Source of the DNA: Lingula anatina
Lineage: Eukaryota > Animalia > Brachiopoda
Length of the DNA stretch: 64,000 bases
Direction: 5' to 3'
Assembly (NCBI GenBank): GCA_051362555.1
Contig: CM120642.1
Span: forward strand, 18,352,001 to 18,416,000
Shown: piece after piece, positions 42,177 to 53,800 of the stretch
Layout: each line of letters begins with the position of its first letter
How positions within the stretch are numbered: position 1 is the stretch's first letter
The notes under the pieces: model-generated
Told to the model about the DNA's origin: nothing
The model's database searches: none
Seen by the model: only the letters and a program-made list of their open reading frames with translations
Translations under genes and position numbers: made by a program

Positions 42177-45100
42177 AGTCAGGCTGTCGGTGGCTGGGTA
42201 AATCCTTTTCTTCTGTTCGCCGCCGACAGTAAGTGATACAGCGAGGAGGCTATCTTCTTCTACGAGAAGTGATCCTATAGTTCTATCACGCGTGTTTTTA
42301 TCGCAATGACAGCACGGTTGTTGTATGACAGCTTTCAACCCGGCTTTACGGCCAGGCTGCAGTATAGCTAGTGTCACCGTAATAGTCTCCGTCCCTGTGA
42401 CAAAACACTGTCACCGGGGTGGACTAAATAGCGTCTTGGAGCAGCGTCCGTCGAAGATCATTCGCCGCAGAGGAGGGGACCGGTGTTCAATATTCATAGT
42501 TGACCCTGTAAACTTAAAGGCTTATAAATCACAGTGCGCATGCTCAGGGTGGGATGTCGCTCAGCGATCTGTCCCTCCAGTGAGATTAAGATGTTAAAGA
42601 TCACGACACTTCACACCTTTAGAACGCTATCCGCAGTGCTAAGTAAGAGGGGAAAACGCATTGTTATTTGCAGCTGGGAGTAAATTGAAAGCGATCGGGT
42701 TTCAACGTCAAAGCACCGTTTGCGGTGAAGAAGTTGATTAATGAAGCACGCTCTCAGTTTCAGTAGCGTTGTGAATATTGAAAACAAAACAACCCTCTGC
42801 CGGAGAACGTAATGTGCAGTTTTCCGGACTTAATGATAATAAAATTAATAACACACGCTTCTCCTTCTAAAGGATCAACTCAAAAAAAAAAAAAAAAAAA
42901 TGATGGAAAAATAAAAGTAAAAAAGTGTCATTACGAAATTATCCTTTCACTTTTCACATTTCACTATATATAGCATTTTCAATCAAGAAAATCAAATCAA
43001 TTCTTGTCCCTTTTACCATCAAGTCAATTCTATGATAAAAAAATTGTGTAAAAAAAATAAGACCTGTTACGTTCGACATAATTTGAACTGATGTGACTCA
43101 TTTGGTAAGATTTTGTCACCTATGTTTCAAAACCCTTCCCTTGAATACAATGTTCTAGGTTAAAGTCGATTTTTTTGGATCGTCATTATTCATTTGTTCT
43201 CTTCCAGATTGGCAATTTTCATAATTTCATTTTAGAACCGCTCTCCGAGTTGCCCATTTTCACAATTTCATTTTTCACCCCCCCCCCCCCCCCCCAAATG
43301 TATTTTCCTCTTATCTAATTCGAATTTCTTATTTGATACATGTTGATATCTGTTCTTACACGAATTACAATTATCATTTTTAAAGCAATGTTTGAAATAA
43401 TTGTTAAACTTATCGTATTAAGACAAGTAAATTTTTATTTGCTATTTTTCCACGCGTTGTCTTTCATTGTTAATTTGTTTGTCTGATTGTTTGAATATCT
43501 AGTTTTTCTAAATTATAAATTTCGTGTTTTAGAATTTTCTTGAATTTTTACGTGAAGTTTTCACGCCCCCCTTTTTTTTAATAAGCAAGGAGAATACAGT
43601 ATAAAAATTCAATGCAAAAATCAGTTTCATTTTTTTCCTGCAAGGCTTGTTTGAAAATGAATAAACTGCTTTCATTATGTAACTTAATTCTGATTACTTG
43701 CTCGTAAGGTACGAATGCCGTTGACACATTCGAAATTGAAATCCTGGTTCTCAAAAAGTCAACACGGATATTACAAAAAGAGAAAAATTAATTAAGTCTG
43801 ACGAATATACATCATGAACGACCAGAACCTCATTTCGTCAAAAGGAAAGCTAAATAAGAAAATTAACTTCTATTAAAAAATAAAAGCTAGAGTTGCTTGG
43901 TACAAGTCTAAAATGTTATGGCCTATTTTATTCAAGAAAAGAAAAACAATTTTATTTTTTGTTTACAGTTATACAATTTACTTGCACGAGGGAAAATGTT
44001 ATACTTTTTAGGTAAGCCAACTCATTTAATTCTAAATGTCACGTCAAGTTACATTTCTAATTTATTGAATGGAACTTTTTCATCTTATAAATTTTATAAA
44101 TATTTAATTGCCGTCTTGTTAAGTTACAGGAAAGTCGATGAGTAGGAAGTCACGTTTAGTTTCGAGAATTATCTAATGAAAACATTATGGAAAATTCACT
44201 TCAGCAAAAGCACGCGAAAACGCTGGCTTTTGTAAACAGATCTAGAAGGAGAATCACACACTCTCTCCCTCTCTCTCTTTCTGTTTCTCTCTTGCTCTCT
44301 CTTAATCCCGCCTCTCCTTTTCCAACAAATACCGTGCTCAAGTTGTGATCTGAAGCAACTTCGAAGGTGATATAACAGGAAAGAAATCGTCTGCAATATT
44401 GGTATAGCGTGCCAAACATGAATATGTCTGCTTGAATCTGCGTCATTAATTATGGAAGTGTCAAACCTGCAGATTTGTCTCACCCAAGGTGTTCGTGCTG
44501 AAGACAGGTGCTAAAACACTATGGAGGATGTCTTTAAGTACACATTGTCAGCATTGCAGTTTCGGCTTCTTTCTTTATTGTTTACTTACTTACGTACTGT
44601 CTTACTTTCTGTCTTTTTTTATTTATTAATTCATTTTTATCACGTGGAGTTTATCTGTTTCCCCCTGTAGTATCAAAGGAACATTAAATGACAGTCATAT
44701 CTGGCATAAACGCACTAATATGCTGCAGTAAAGTTATTAGTGAAGAGCTTTGGCTAAAAGAATTAAAACGCCAAATGGTCCTTGTTTTCAGTTTCTCAGA
44801 AACGCTTTCGGCGTCTGCATTCATGTACAGCACTTGTGTAGAAAAGGCCTTTGAAGAAAACTATCATATAGTCCAATTACAATTTCAAACGCGGTGATTA
44901 CCAGAATATGCTGTCTACGCTCTCTCTCTCTCTCTCTTGGGTATTGCTTTACGAATAAATATCCATACCCTCGTGATTATAAGGGAATCTTTCTCAAACA
45001 AGTCTGCTCTGTCACCTTACAAAACAAGATTTTTTTGCGGGAAATTATTCCATAAATTCCGAGTGATTTAGACCAAAAGAAAATTCCTCCTGTCGTCTTA

Positions 45101-46344
45101 AAGGGTTCAACAATGCCTTGGATTGTGAACCATCGATTCTTTGTAAAATACCAAGGTTTATATTCAAAAATTTTTGTCAGTGAGATAGTTTTAAATATTT
45201 TGTAAGAATTGTGTAAAAACATACATTTCTAGACACTCTGTACATACGAAGAGTTAAGACAAGGCACATGACTCGTGATAAGAGCGGGACGAGATATCAG
45301 ACAAATGATAAAACTATAAATAATCACTCTGAAAATAATCCTCGAACGATTGTGCGTCAACCTAGATATATTTTCACACTTGTAGAAGATAAGTAGAACA
45401 GTGAGAGGGTATCTTTCATATACCATATTTCTTTATTGTCCCAAATATAGGAGATTCCATACTGCGACAGAGAAAAACAAAACCGACTGGTATGACGTTG
45501 TTGTGACTTCAATATTACTAGGGATTACAAGTGCGTTACGCAGGGCAGTTTCTTAAGTCTTTTTTCTTTATCAGTAAATCCCCTCCCTACTTTTATCAAA
45601 TTTTTATTTTCAAGCTTGCCTCAACATAACAAATCTCGAGATAAACAGAAGAGACGAATATTATGAAATCGTGTCCTCAAATGTATCGACTCAAATTTGT
45701 TGATAATGTTAACTCCCCTTTTGCCGAAAGCAATGCAAAATTGTCATGTTTGAACAAAATGCTGCATGTATATAAAAATTTATAATGACATAATTTTTCG
45801 GCTAACAAATCCTTTTTTCACATGGAAAGGGAAGTTAAGATGCATAAGAGTATATCCGTTACACGCAACGTGGACACCGGAATGTGGTAGAGAAAATGAA
45901 TGACGCAGAGCTCTACTAGCGCATTTTAATTTCCGAGTACAAGAAGAGGCTTTTAAGATTTTCACTCAAAACCAAATGAAATATCAGAAATTGTTTTAAT
46001 ACATAAATAAATATAACAACACAAATTGATATAAAAGCCGTTATTATAACGGTAATTTTATGATAATGACCAGTGGATGTATTTTTATGACTCAAAATAT
46101 AAATTATTTTCTACGCCATTTCTCATGTTGGGTCAGCAAAAGGACTGAAAAGGTTCGCTTTTTTTTAAAATATTTTTTAAAACATCCCCTCTTTTATGCT
46201 ACCGGCCAAATGCCTGCTTGGCCGTCATTGGACCATTTGTTTTGTTTCTGTTCTAGTCCGAGTTAAATTCACCAGATGGCAGCACTGTAGGCAATATGAC
46301 ACACAGCCCATATTTCCTGATGAGATCTGATCTTATAGAATGTG

Positions 46345-47923
46345 TCACCTAAGTGTGACATTGACTGACGCCAAGGCTTCCACGGCCCACTCAGGATAGT
46401 CTTTACTGGGGAACAAAGCTGACATGAAGTCCTGAACAAACTTTGGAAAACTGTTCTCCATGATGCTTTTTCTTATCCCTCTCATAAGGTTTAACTGAAA
46501 AGAAGACATATAGTTGAATGAACAGATCATGAAATCTTGTGGAAGAAATGTTTTTCTTAGGTATAAACTGAAGTTTGTGAACATTGCGTAACTCTACCCT
46601 CTACCAGGCTGCAGATTAATATTGTGCACTTTCTCCAACAGGGAGAAATGTGGAGAAATGTGCCATGATATCTGTAAATATCTGTGAATATCTGGTGAAA
46701 AATCAATTCTGTGGCACTGGTAGAGGGTAGCCTAACTCAAGTCTTCGTCTAACTCCTGTAAATGTATGGTGCTGCCCCCCCCCCTCCTCCCCCCCTCTCC
46801 TCTAACTAACCTGATATTTCACATTGTGGACAGTAATCAACTGGGCCGCCACTGGTTTATGTCCAGCGATAGTGTGGAGGTAGCTACGAGTGTACTGTGA
46901 ACACGTGGAACACCCACAGTTCTCATCTATGGGGCGGAAGTCCTGGGAGAATTTCTCTAATTTCAAGTTCAGCAGGCCTGTGGGAACTAACGCTGTTCCA
47001 AACCTCTGTAATGTGAAAATAATAAGCTTTTTATGTAAAATAAAATAAAATAAAATAAAATAAAATAACATAATGTAACATAACATAACATAGCACAACA
47101 TAACATAACATAATATAACCTAATAAAATATAAAGTATTTTGCTGTTATTCCTTATCGTGAATATTTCGAGAAAATCAATGAAATATTTCAAGAATATTA
47201 TACTCACTGCAGTTCTTGTAGGATATACACAATCAAACATATCACATCCTAATGCACAGCAAACCACCAGGTCAACGGCAAATCTGGAACACAAGCAGAA
47301 TGTCCTTAGTTTCATGACTTTTAAATAGTCAAAAAAATAATGAAAAATAAAAATGACTGTCAAACCTATCACTGTGCAACAGACTGTCTGTTATCAAGAA
47401 AAAATACATTCAAGAATTCAAGATGTCAGCTTGCAAAAAAAAAAATAAATAAATAAATAAAATAAAAATAATAATAATAATAAAATTAAATTAAATTTTA
47501 AAAAAAAGTAAAATTCAAGATGAAATGTCAATGGGAAATTCACATATCCATGTTTCTGAAGTTTCACTTATGTTCTTGGTCTATACCTAAAATCAAATAG
47601 CCAAAACCTTTTATCTAATGATTTCAGTTTATAGGGAAGCTTTTAGTACTGTGCACTATAATTAAACCTATATCAGAAAAAAAGGTCATTTTCTGACCAC
47701 TGAGTGCCTTACCCCACTCCCATGAGATATCTTGGCTTGTCCAGGGGCAGATGGTCAGTGGACAGAGAGACCATCCGCCAGAACTGACTCTTTTCTTCCC
47801 CTCCACTGAGTCCTCCAATAGCAAACCCTGAGACATCTCGCTTTGTTAGCTCTGAAATAATCAAATAGCAAATGCTACAACATCTTGTCTTGTTCTAAAA
47901 TTATTAGCTATCGCCATCTTCTT

Positions 47924-47964
<41 letters not shown>

Positions 47965-50606
47965 TCTGTACATTTTTTGTCAGTACATACTGACAAATGA
48001 GCTACAATAATACTTATATCTAGTTATTTACCAAAATTAAACAATATATCACTTTACCCTGAGCACATTTCTTCCTCAGCTCAGCATCCAATCCGCCTTG
48101 TACAATAGGAAAGATACTTTGGTCATGAGGTCTGCCGTGTGCCTTTAAGCAACGATCCAACCAACGGATAGTTCTGAAATAAAAATTACCTCAGTAAGTC
48201 CATTTCAGATCTCCTAAGTGCAGTTTCACAAATGAATTTTTAGTATATAAGTCTGTTGCAACAGTGTTACTCTCAAATATTAAGATAAATGGAGTTAGCT
48301 TGCACAGGTAAAATTACAACATTACATGTATGTTAGGTTTTATTTACATGCCTTTTAAATGCTACATTAAATAGAGTACCAATATTGTACCAATCTAGCA
48401 ACTCTGTACCAATGCCATATATGGACTCTGTAGCAACGTACCAATATATAAATAGCTAAGCTCTGGTCATTTATGCTGTTATAGTACAGTGTATAGTACA
48501 GTGTATAGTACAGTGTATGAGGACATTCAGAACAAGTTGATCTGCAGACTAACAGATCTGTGGATAAAATATGGCTGACCTACCGGTACATGAAAGCAGA
48601 GCCTACTAACACCCCATTTCCATAGATTTTTAGATCGATCTATCCCTGTGGGGAGTCTCACTAGATTACTGTCAGCTTGGCTGGTTTAAGCGTCTGTCCC
48701 GCCTACTAAAAGCTGTAAGGGGGTAATTAACTATGGTGCCCGCTCGGCTGACTGCAATTTAGCGTGAACCCCCAGGGAGTTAGGTCGATCTAAATTTTAA
48801 TCTTTAGATCGATCTAAATCTCTGGGAAAGCACCCTAATCCACTGATGGTCTCCCCGCCTCCACATGCACCGTCCCTGCATGGGTCTAGCAATTAAACCT
48901 CAGAGCTGTGATTTCATCTGTGCAGAGGCGGGGAGACCATCAGCAGATTAGTTGGCTCTGCTTTTATGTGGGTCGGCCATATCTCATTCGCTGATCTTTT
49001 AGGGCGCTTTCCCAGAGATTTAGATCGATCTAAAGATTAAGATTTAGATCGACCTAACTCCCTGGGGGTTCACGCTAAATTGCAGTCAGCCGAGCGGGCA
49101 CCATAGTTAATTACCCCCTTACAGCTTTTAGTAGGCGGGACAGACGCTTAACCAGCCAAGCTGACAGTAATCTAGTGAGACGCCCCACAGGGATAGATTG
49201 ATCTAAAAATCTATGGAAATGGGGTGTTAGTTGGCAAATCAACTTGTTCTGAATACCCTCGGTGATGTACAAACCTCCACATGGCTTCCTCCACTCTAGG
49301 TCCTGTAGTGGTACTGTGAACCACATCATCTAACTGCATGATTATGTCAGCACCTGGAACACAAAAGGTAAACTTCTGCCTGGAACTTTTGTGCTTTTTA
49401 ACTTAAGTTTTGTTTTAACTTAAGATGATAGTATTATCTGATATTATAATTATACCTTTTGTAGAATTTTAGACCTCTATTAAGTCAATATATTAGTGTT
49501 ATTATAGTACCTAGCAGTAGTGGTACAATGTAAAAAATAAAAAAAAAGACCAAGTCTGAACAGACGCTGCAAAGTGTTTAACAACTAACCAATGGAATTC
49601 TGTATTTCAATAGATTTTTCTGGAGTTAGCATCATTGTAGAGCCATCATGTGGTGACTCAAACTTTACGCCTTCTTCTGTGATCTCCGCCAGCTTTAATA
49701 AAGATACCATCTGAAAACCTCCGCTGTCCTGAAATTGGGAAGAAATATTTATTCATTTTGTGGAACATAATTACAACTATTCTACTTTACTTCAACTACA
49801 ATGAAATGCAATTTACAAATCCCACTCTTTTTTAATTATTTGAATCAATTTTGTATGTGTTTCTCCAGGTTCAAGTTATATGTAAACAAGCGACATCTTG
49901 TTGCTTACCGTGAGCAAGTTTCGGTTCCAGTTCATAAACTTATGTAGACCTCCTGCCTTTTCAAGCAACTCTGGACCCTATGAATGATAATACAAAACCA
50001 ATCAAATATAGTACATTAGACATGATACAAAAAGAAACTATATTCAACAAGTAGTTTTAAAGTGCAAAATATACAGTTTCATGAAATAAAGAATTTTAAG
50101 ATGATATCAGCAAATCGTGGCCATGTACTTCTTCCATCAAGTACAGAATTGGCTGATAGATTTTAAAGTGATAGTGCCAGTTAAACTCAACCAAGTCGGG
50201 ATACTTGATTTTAATTTTACACCAAAAAAACAATATTAAGTTGTAGTGCACAGCTCTGAATATTTTAATATAAATCATGTTCAATCAAATCTTATTTACC
50301 CAGTGTTTTTTTCATAAGAGACACGTGTGTAAAGCAATTTTTAAACAAATGAATTATTATAATTATTATTATTATTACCGGTCTGTGCCCTAGGTGGTAG
50401 GTATTGCCAAGAATAATTTGACAGTCCATTTCTTCTAACTGATCTGGTAACATCGCCTTCAAAGTACCCTGTGTCCCGACCGGCATAAACACGGGGGTAT
50501 CCACTTCATGATGTGGCAGAATTAGCTTACTTACTCTTGCCTTAGTGGTTGAACACTCCGCTAAAACTTTGAAGCTTAACGCATGTGCTTTTCTCGTGGC
50601 AGACAT
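46345..50606 (-). CDS. QTRT1: Queuine tRNA-ribosyltransferase catalytic subunit 1, ~396 aa
   Basis: Exons 50606-50379, 49977-49909, 49728-49590, 49353-49275, 48173-48058, 47851-47713, 47283-47208, 47005-46811, 46494-46345 (1191 nt). Motifs [66 protein letters not shown], Zn-binding CGCSTC...HN. Confidence 0.96.
46595..46729. mobile_element. 135-bp MITE in QTRT1 intron 8
   Basis: TIR TACCCTCTACCAG ... CTGGTAGAGGGTA. Flanks GCGTAACTC / GCCTAACTC match 8/9 (9-bp TSD, Mutator-like). Short similar fragments at ~52385 and ~57245. Confidence 0.75.
47036..47115. repeat. Pentanucleotide repeat (TAAAA)n grading into (TAACA)n
   Basis: Directly visible in QTRT1 intron 7. Confidence 0.85.
47927..47961. 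repeat. (TA)n microsatellite
   Basis: Directly visible in QTRT1 intron 5. Confidence 0.95.
48481..48518. repeat. 12-bp tandem repeat (ATAGTACAGTGT) x3
   Basis: Directly abuts the left end of the nested MITE. Confidence 0.85.
48610..48835 (-). mobile_element. ~226-bp non-autonomous element, copy A (TAA duplication, asymmetric ends)
   Basis: TAA|CACCCCATTTCCATAGATTTTTAGATCGATCTA ... TAGATCGATCTAAATCTCTGGGAAAGCACCC|TAA. Near-identical reverse complement of 49002-49226. Confidence 0.88.
49002..49226 (+). mobile_element. ~225-bp non-autonomous element, copy B (TTA duplication)
   Basis: TTA|GGGCGCTTTCCCAGAGATTTAGATCGATCTA ... CTATGGAAATGGGGTG|TTA. Confidence 0.88.
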
Positions 50607-50887
50607 GGCTGTCAACTTCCGCTTTTCGCTAAAAATACAATCCAATCAAAATCAGTGTTACAATCTCTACAGTGTTAAATGATTGTTTTAGGGTATATTT
50701 ACTCATTTTTAAAGGGTGGGAAGTGAGAAAAATTATATTTAAAAACTCAACCATACATTGATCGTAGCAATCACATGCACAGAAGTAATTTGGTTTACAA
50801 CTTTGAGAACTTTCTATTTTTTTCAACTGACCAATCACAAAACCGATTATAATATCAACAAGCGCATGCGTGTCACGTTGCCGTAAT
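50607..50887. promoter_or_regulatory. Bidirectional promoter, QTRT1 / DOLPP1
   Basis: Only 281 bp separate the divergent ATGs. CCAAT boxes at 50642 and 50831, NRF1-type GCGCATGCG at 50862-50870, ETS-type ACTTCCG at ~50615. Confidence 0.75.
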
Positions 50888-53800
50888 ATGGCTTCCGCAA
50901 GTGCAGGTGCTTCCGCGAATGCAGACCTCCCGGAATTTCGAGACGACGAAATGGTTAAATGGAAGGCAATTTCACTTACACACGTAGACTATCCAGAAGG
51001 TGGGCTGGCGGTGGATTTGTTCCTAATAAGATACTCTTCCTTAGCTTCACACAGGCACTACTGGCGCTGCCACCTTGATTTTGATTTCTGCCGTTTTTTA
51101 GATGAATGGGATTTATAAGTAAAAACTGCAGCGGAGATATAAATATATTTCAGAGGGGCTATGTCAACGAGTTCTTGCTTTTGTTTGTCAAAGACAAATG
51201 TTACATTTACACTATGGCCTATGAAAAAAGTTATAAGAAATATTGACCACAAGGAATAGAGTTATGTATGAATGTATTAAAGCCAGATAATCCATGCATT
51301 AGCACTCCTGTTGACGGTTTTTGTAAGAAGGGGGTACATGTCAAAATCGTCAACAGGGGTGCTAACGCATGAATTTCATGTACAGTTGTGGAGATGTTTT
51401 ATTAATATCACCCAAGAATTTAAATTATAATATAATTTTTAAGATTATACAGTATTCTCCCTCCTTCAAAAATTGCAAAAAAGATTATTAAAATGAATAA
51501 GTTAGACAATTCTACAATGTTTTTTCAAGATATTTTTAGTCCATTTTCAAATCTTATGGGAATGGCAGTCAAAAATGAACATGGTCATCAAACATCAAAA
51601 ATCTGTTAGAAATTGCCAAACAGATCAATTTGAATGGAAGAGACTGATAAAAAAAAAAAAAAAAAAAACTGCCAGGTAACTGAATTTAATAAAATCAAAG
51701 ACTTACAATGTGTATATTTGGGGGCATATTGCATAAGTTGTTAAGTAAAAAAAAAAAGAAAAAAATATTTATTTCTTGTTATAACCCTTAACCCTTTTTC
51801 AGGTGATATATTTGGATTCCTTTTGGCTTGCTCCAGTCTCCTCCCTGTTTTCATACTGGGATCCTTCTTCACACTGATTATTTTTAGAAGAGACTTGCAT
51901 ACAGTAAGTGAAATGCTGAGGTTAATTCATTTAATACTGTAGTTGAAGAGATGAATGATGATTCAAACACGCACACACACACACACAGGCAAGCATGCGT
52001 GCAGGCACCCCCTTTCTCACAGAAAAAAAGGTTAACCTGTTATATTTTTTATGAGCTGTCACAGTATTTTTCCCCAATTATTTTCCATATTTTTATGGAC
52101 ATTATAGATTACATTATAGATTTCATTTTGGAATTTTGTGAATGGAAAATCTGGAAGTTTTGTGAATGTATTCATTAATTAATAATGTTAATAAAAATTT
52201 GAATCTGAAAATTTTTACTATTTCAGATTTGTTACTTTGCTGGCTTAATTCTTAATGAGTCAGTAAATTGGGTAACAAAACACATTATTAAAGAGCCAAG
52301 ACCAAGAGGTAAGTCCATAGTTAATTTTGTTTTGTAGAACTTGATTTAGTGTCACTACATGTATATATAATGTACATAGTGAAATTTTTCCACAATTTCT
52401 CCTGTTAGAACAGATCCTTTCTCTTCTGCAAAGGCGTAATAATGAGTGCTTTTTCTTCTAAGAAAATATTAGTGCTTTGATTATGATGTTATTTTGAGGT
52501 GTTTCTCATGCTAATTTGATTTTTTTTCTCATTCCAGCCCGATCAGTATTACATACAGAGTATGGTATGCCATCTAGTCATTCACAATTCATGTGGTTTT
52601 TTGCAACATATCTCGTCTTCTTTTTATTTATAAGGTAAGTGAAGGATACTTCATGTTAATACTTAAATATATTATTTGCATGTTTTAAATGAACCTTTAG
52701 ATAAATCTTAAGGTGTTATTAAAACCAGTTGTCAGATCAGTTTTTATGTGTTTGAGATCTAGATAATTAAGAAAACTAAAAGTTGGACAAACTAAGCAAT
52801 TAATAAATAAATCTTTTATAATTATTGATGATATATAAAACCTGTATGTAAGGCTCTCTATTTTATTTTCATTGATTTAGTCTTAAAATGATTTCTAAAG
52901 ACAGTTATAATAATACACAAATGACTGTGTCTAATTTCTTTATTTCCACCACTGTTTTTGGCTCTGTTTGTCTTTCTGTCTATTGTGCAAGAACGTATTA
53001 ACACATCTTGATGAAAATGTTCATTATGTGTGTTAATTAAGACAAATGTAGCTCACTTTATTTGAAATAAATATATGAAAATTTAAAGTATATAATATAT
53101 ATGAACCGAGCTTCGGTGTAGTGTGGATTCCCAGTAACACACATATGGTAATGACTTGATCTTTACACTGGGCAAATAAAACCTCAGACTTTCAGATACA
53201 CAATTTTATAATCACAAAATTATATATTTCTGTATAGCACTTGTTGTGCTTTTAATGCATAAAACAGAACTAAGGAATACCCTGCTTTTCAATTTTGTTG
53301 CTACCACACATAGAAATGTTCTGATTTTAAGAAACTATAACCTATAAAATGTAGTATCTGTAAAGTTCACAATTTTCCCCCATTTGAAAAGATTGAGTAG
53401 TTACTGTAAACCACTTGTACTTGTTTCTGATACAACTCTAATAAATTTGACATGCCAAGGAATGAACTAAAGAAATCACTCGATCAACCATAAAAGAGCT
53501 TTAAAATGCTTGTTTCCTTAGATTTTTGGTGGTAAATTTAACCTACTTATCTGTCCAACTTATTGGCCCCATTTATATACAGCATAGGAAGCTAGCAGAA
53601 AAATCCATTCAAATATCATTTTTCGGGTAATATTAAACAATTTATTTTCAATTGGTTATTCTCTTAGTTATACTATTTGAAACTATATGCTGGCATTTGA
53701 TAAGCTTTAGTGGCAAAAAAACGGACTTTATGTGCATCTTTAATCTAAATAAATGGCCAGTAATTGACTGTAAACAAAACTTAATAAAATTAGGTCACAT

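Larger units (their letters stand above)
48519..49260. mobile_element. Palindromic MITE-like host element in QTRT1 intron 4 carrying two nested insertions
   Basis: Ends GAGGACATTCAGAACAAGTTGAT ... ATCAACTTGTTCTGAATACCCTC. Once the inserts are removed, the arms pair along their length (e.g. CTGATGGTCTCCCCGCCTC / GAGGCGGGGAGACCATCAG). No clear TSD. Confidence 0.8.
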
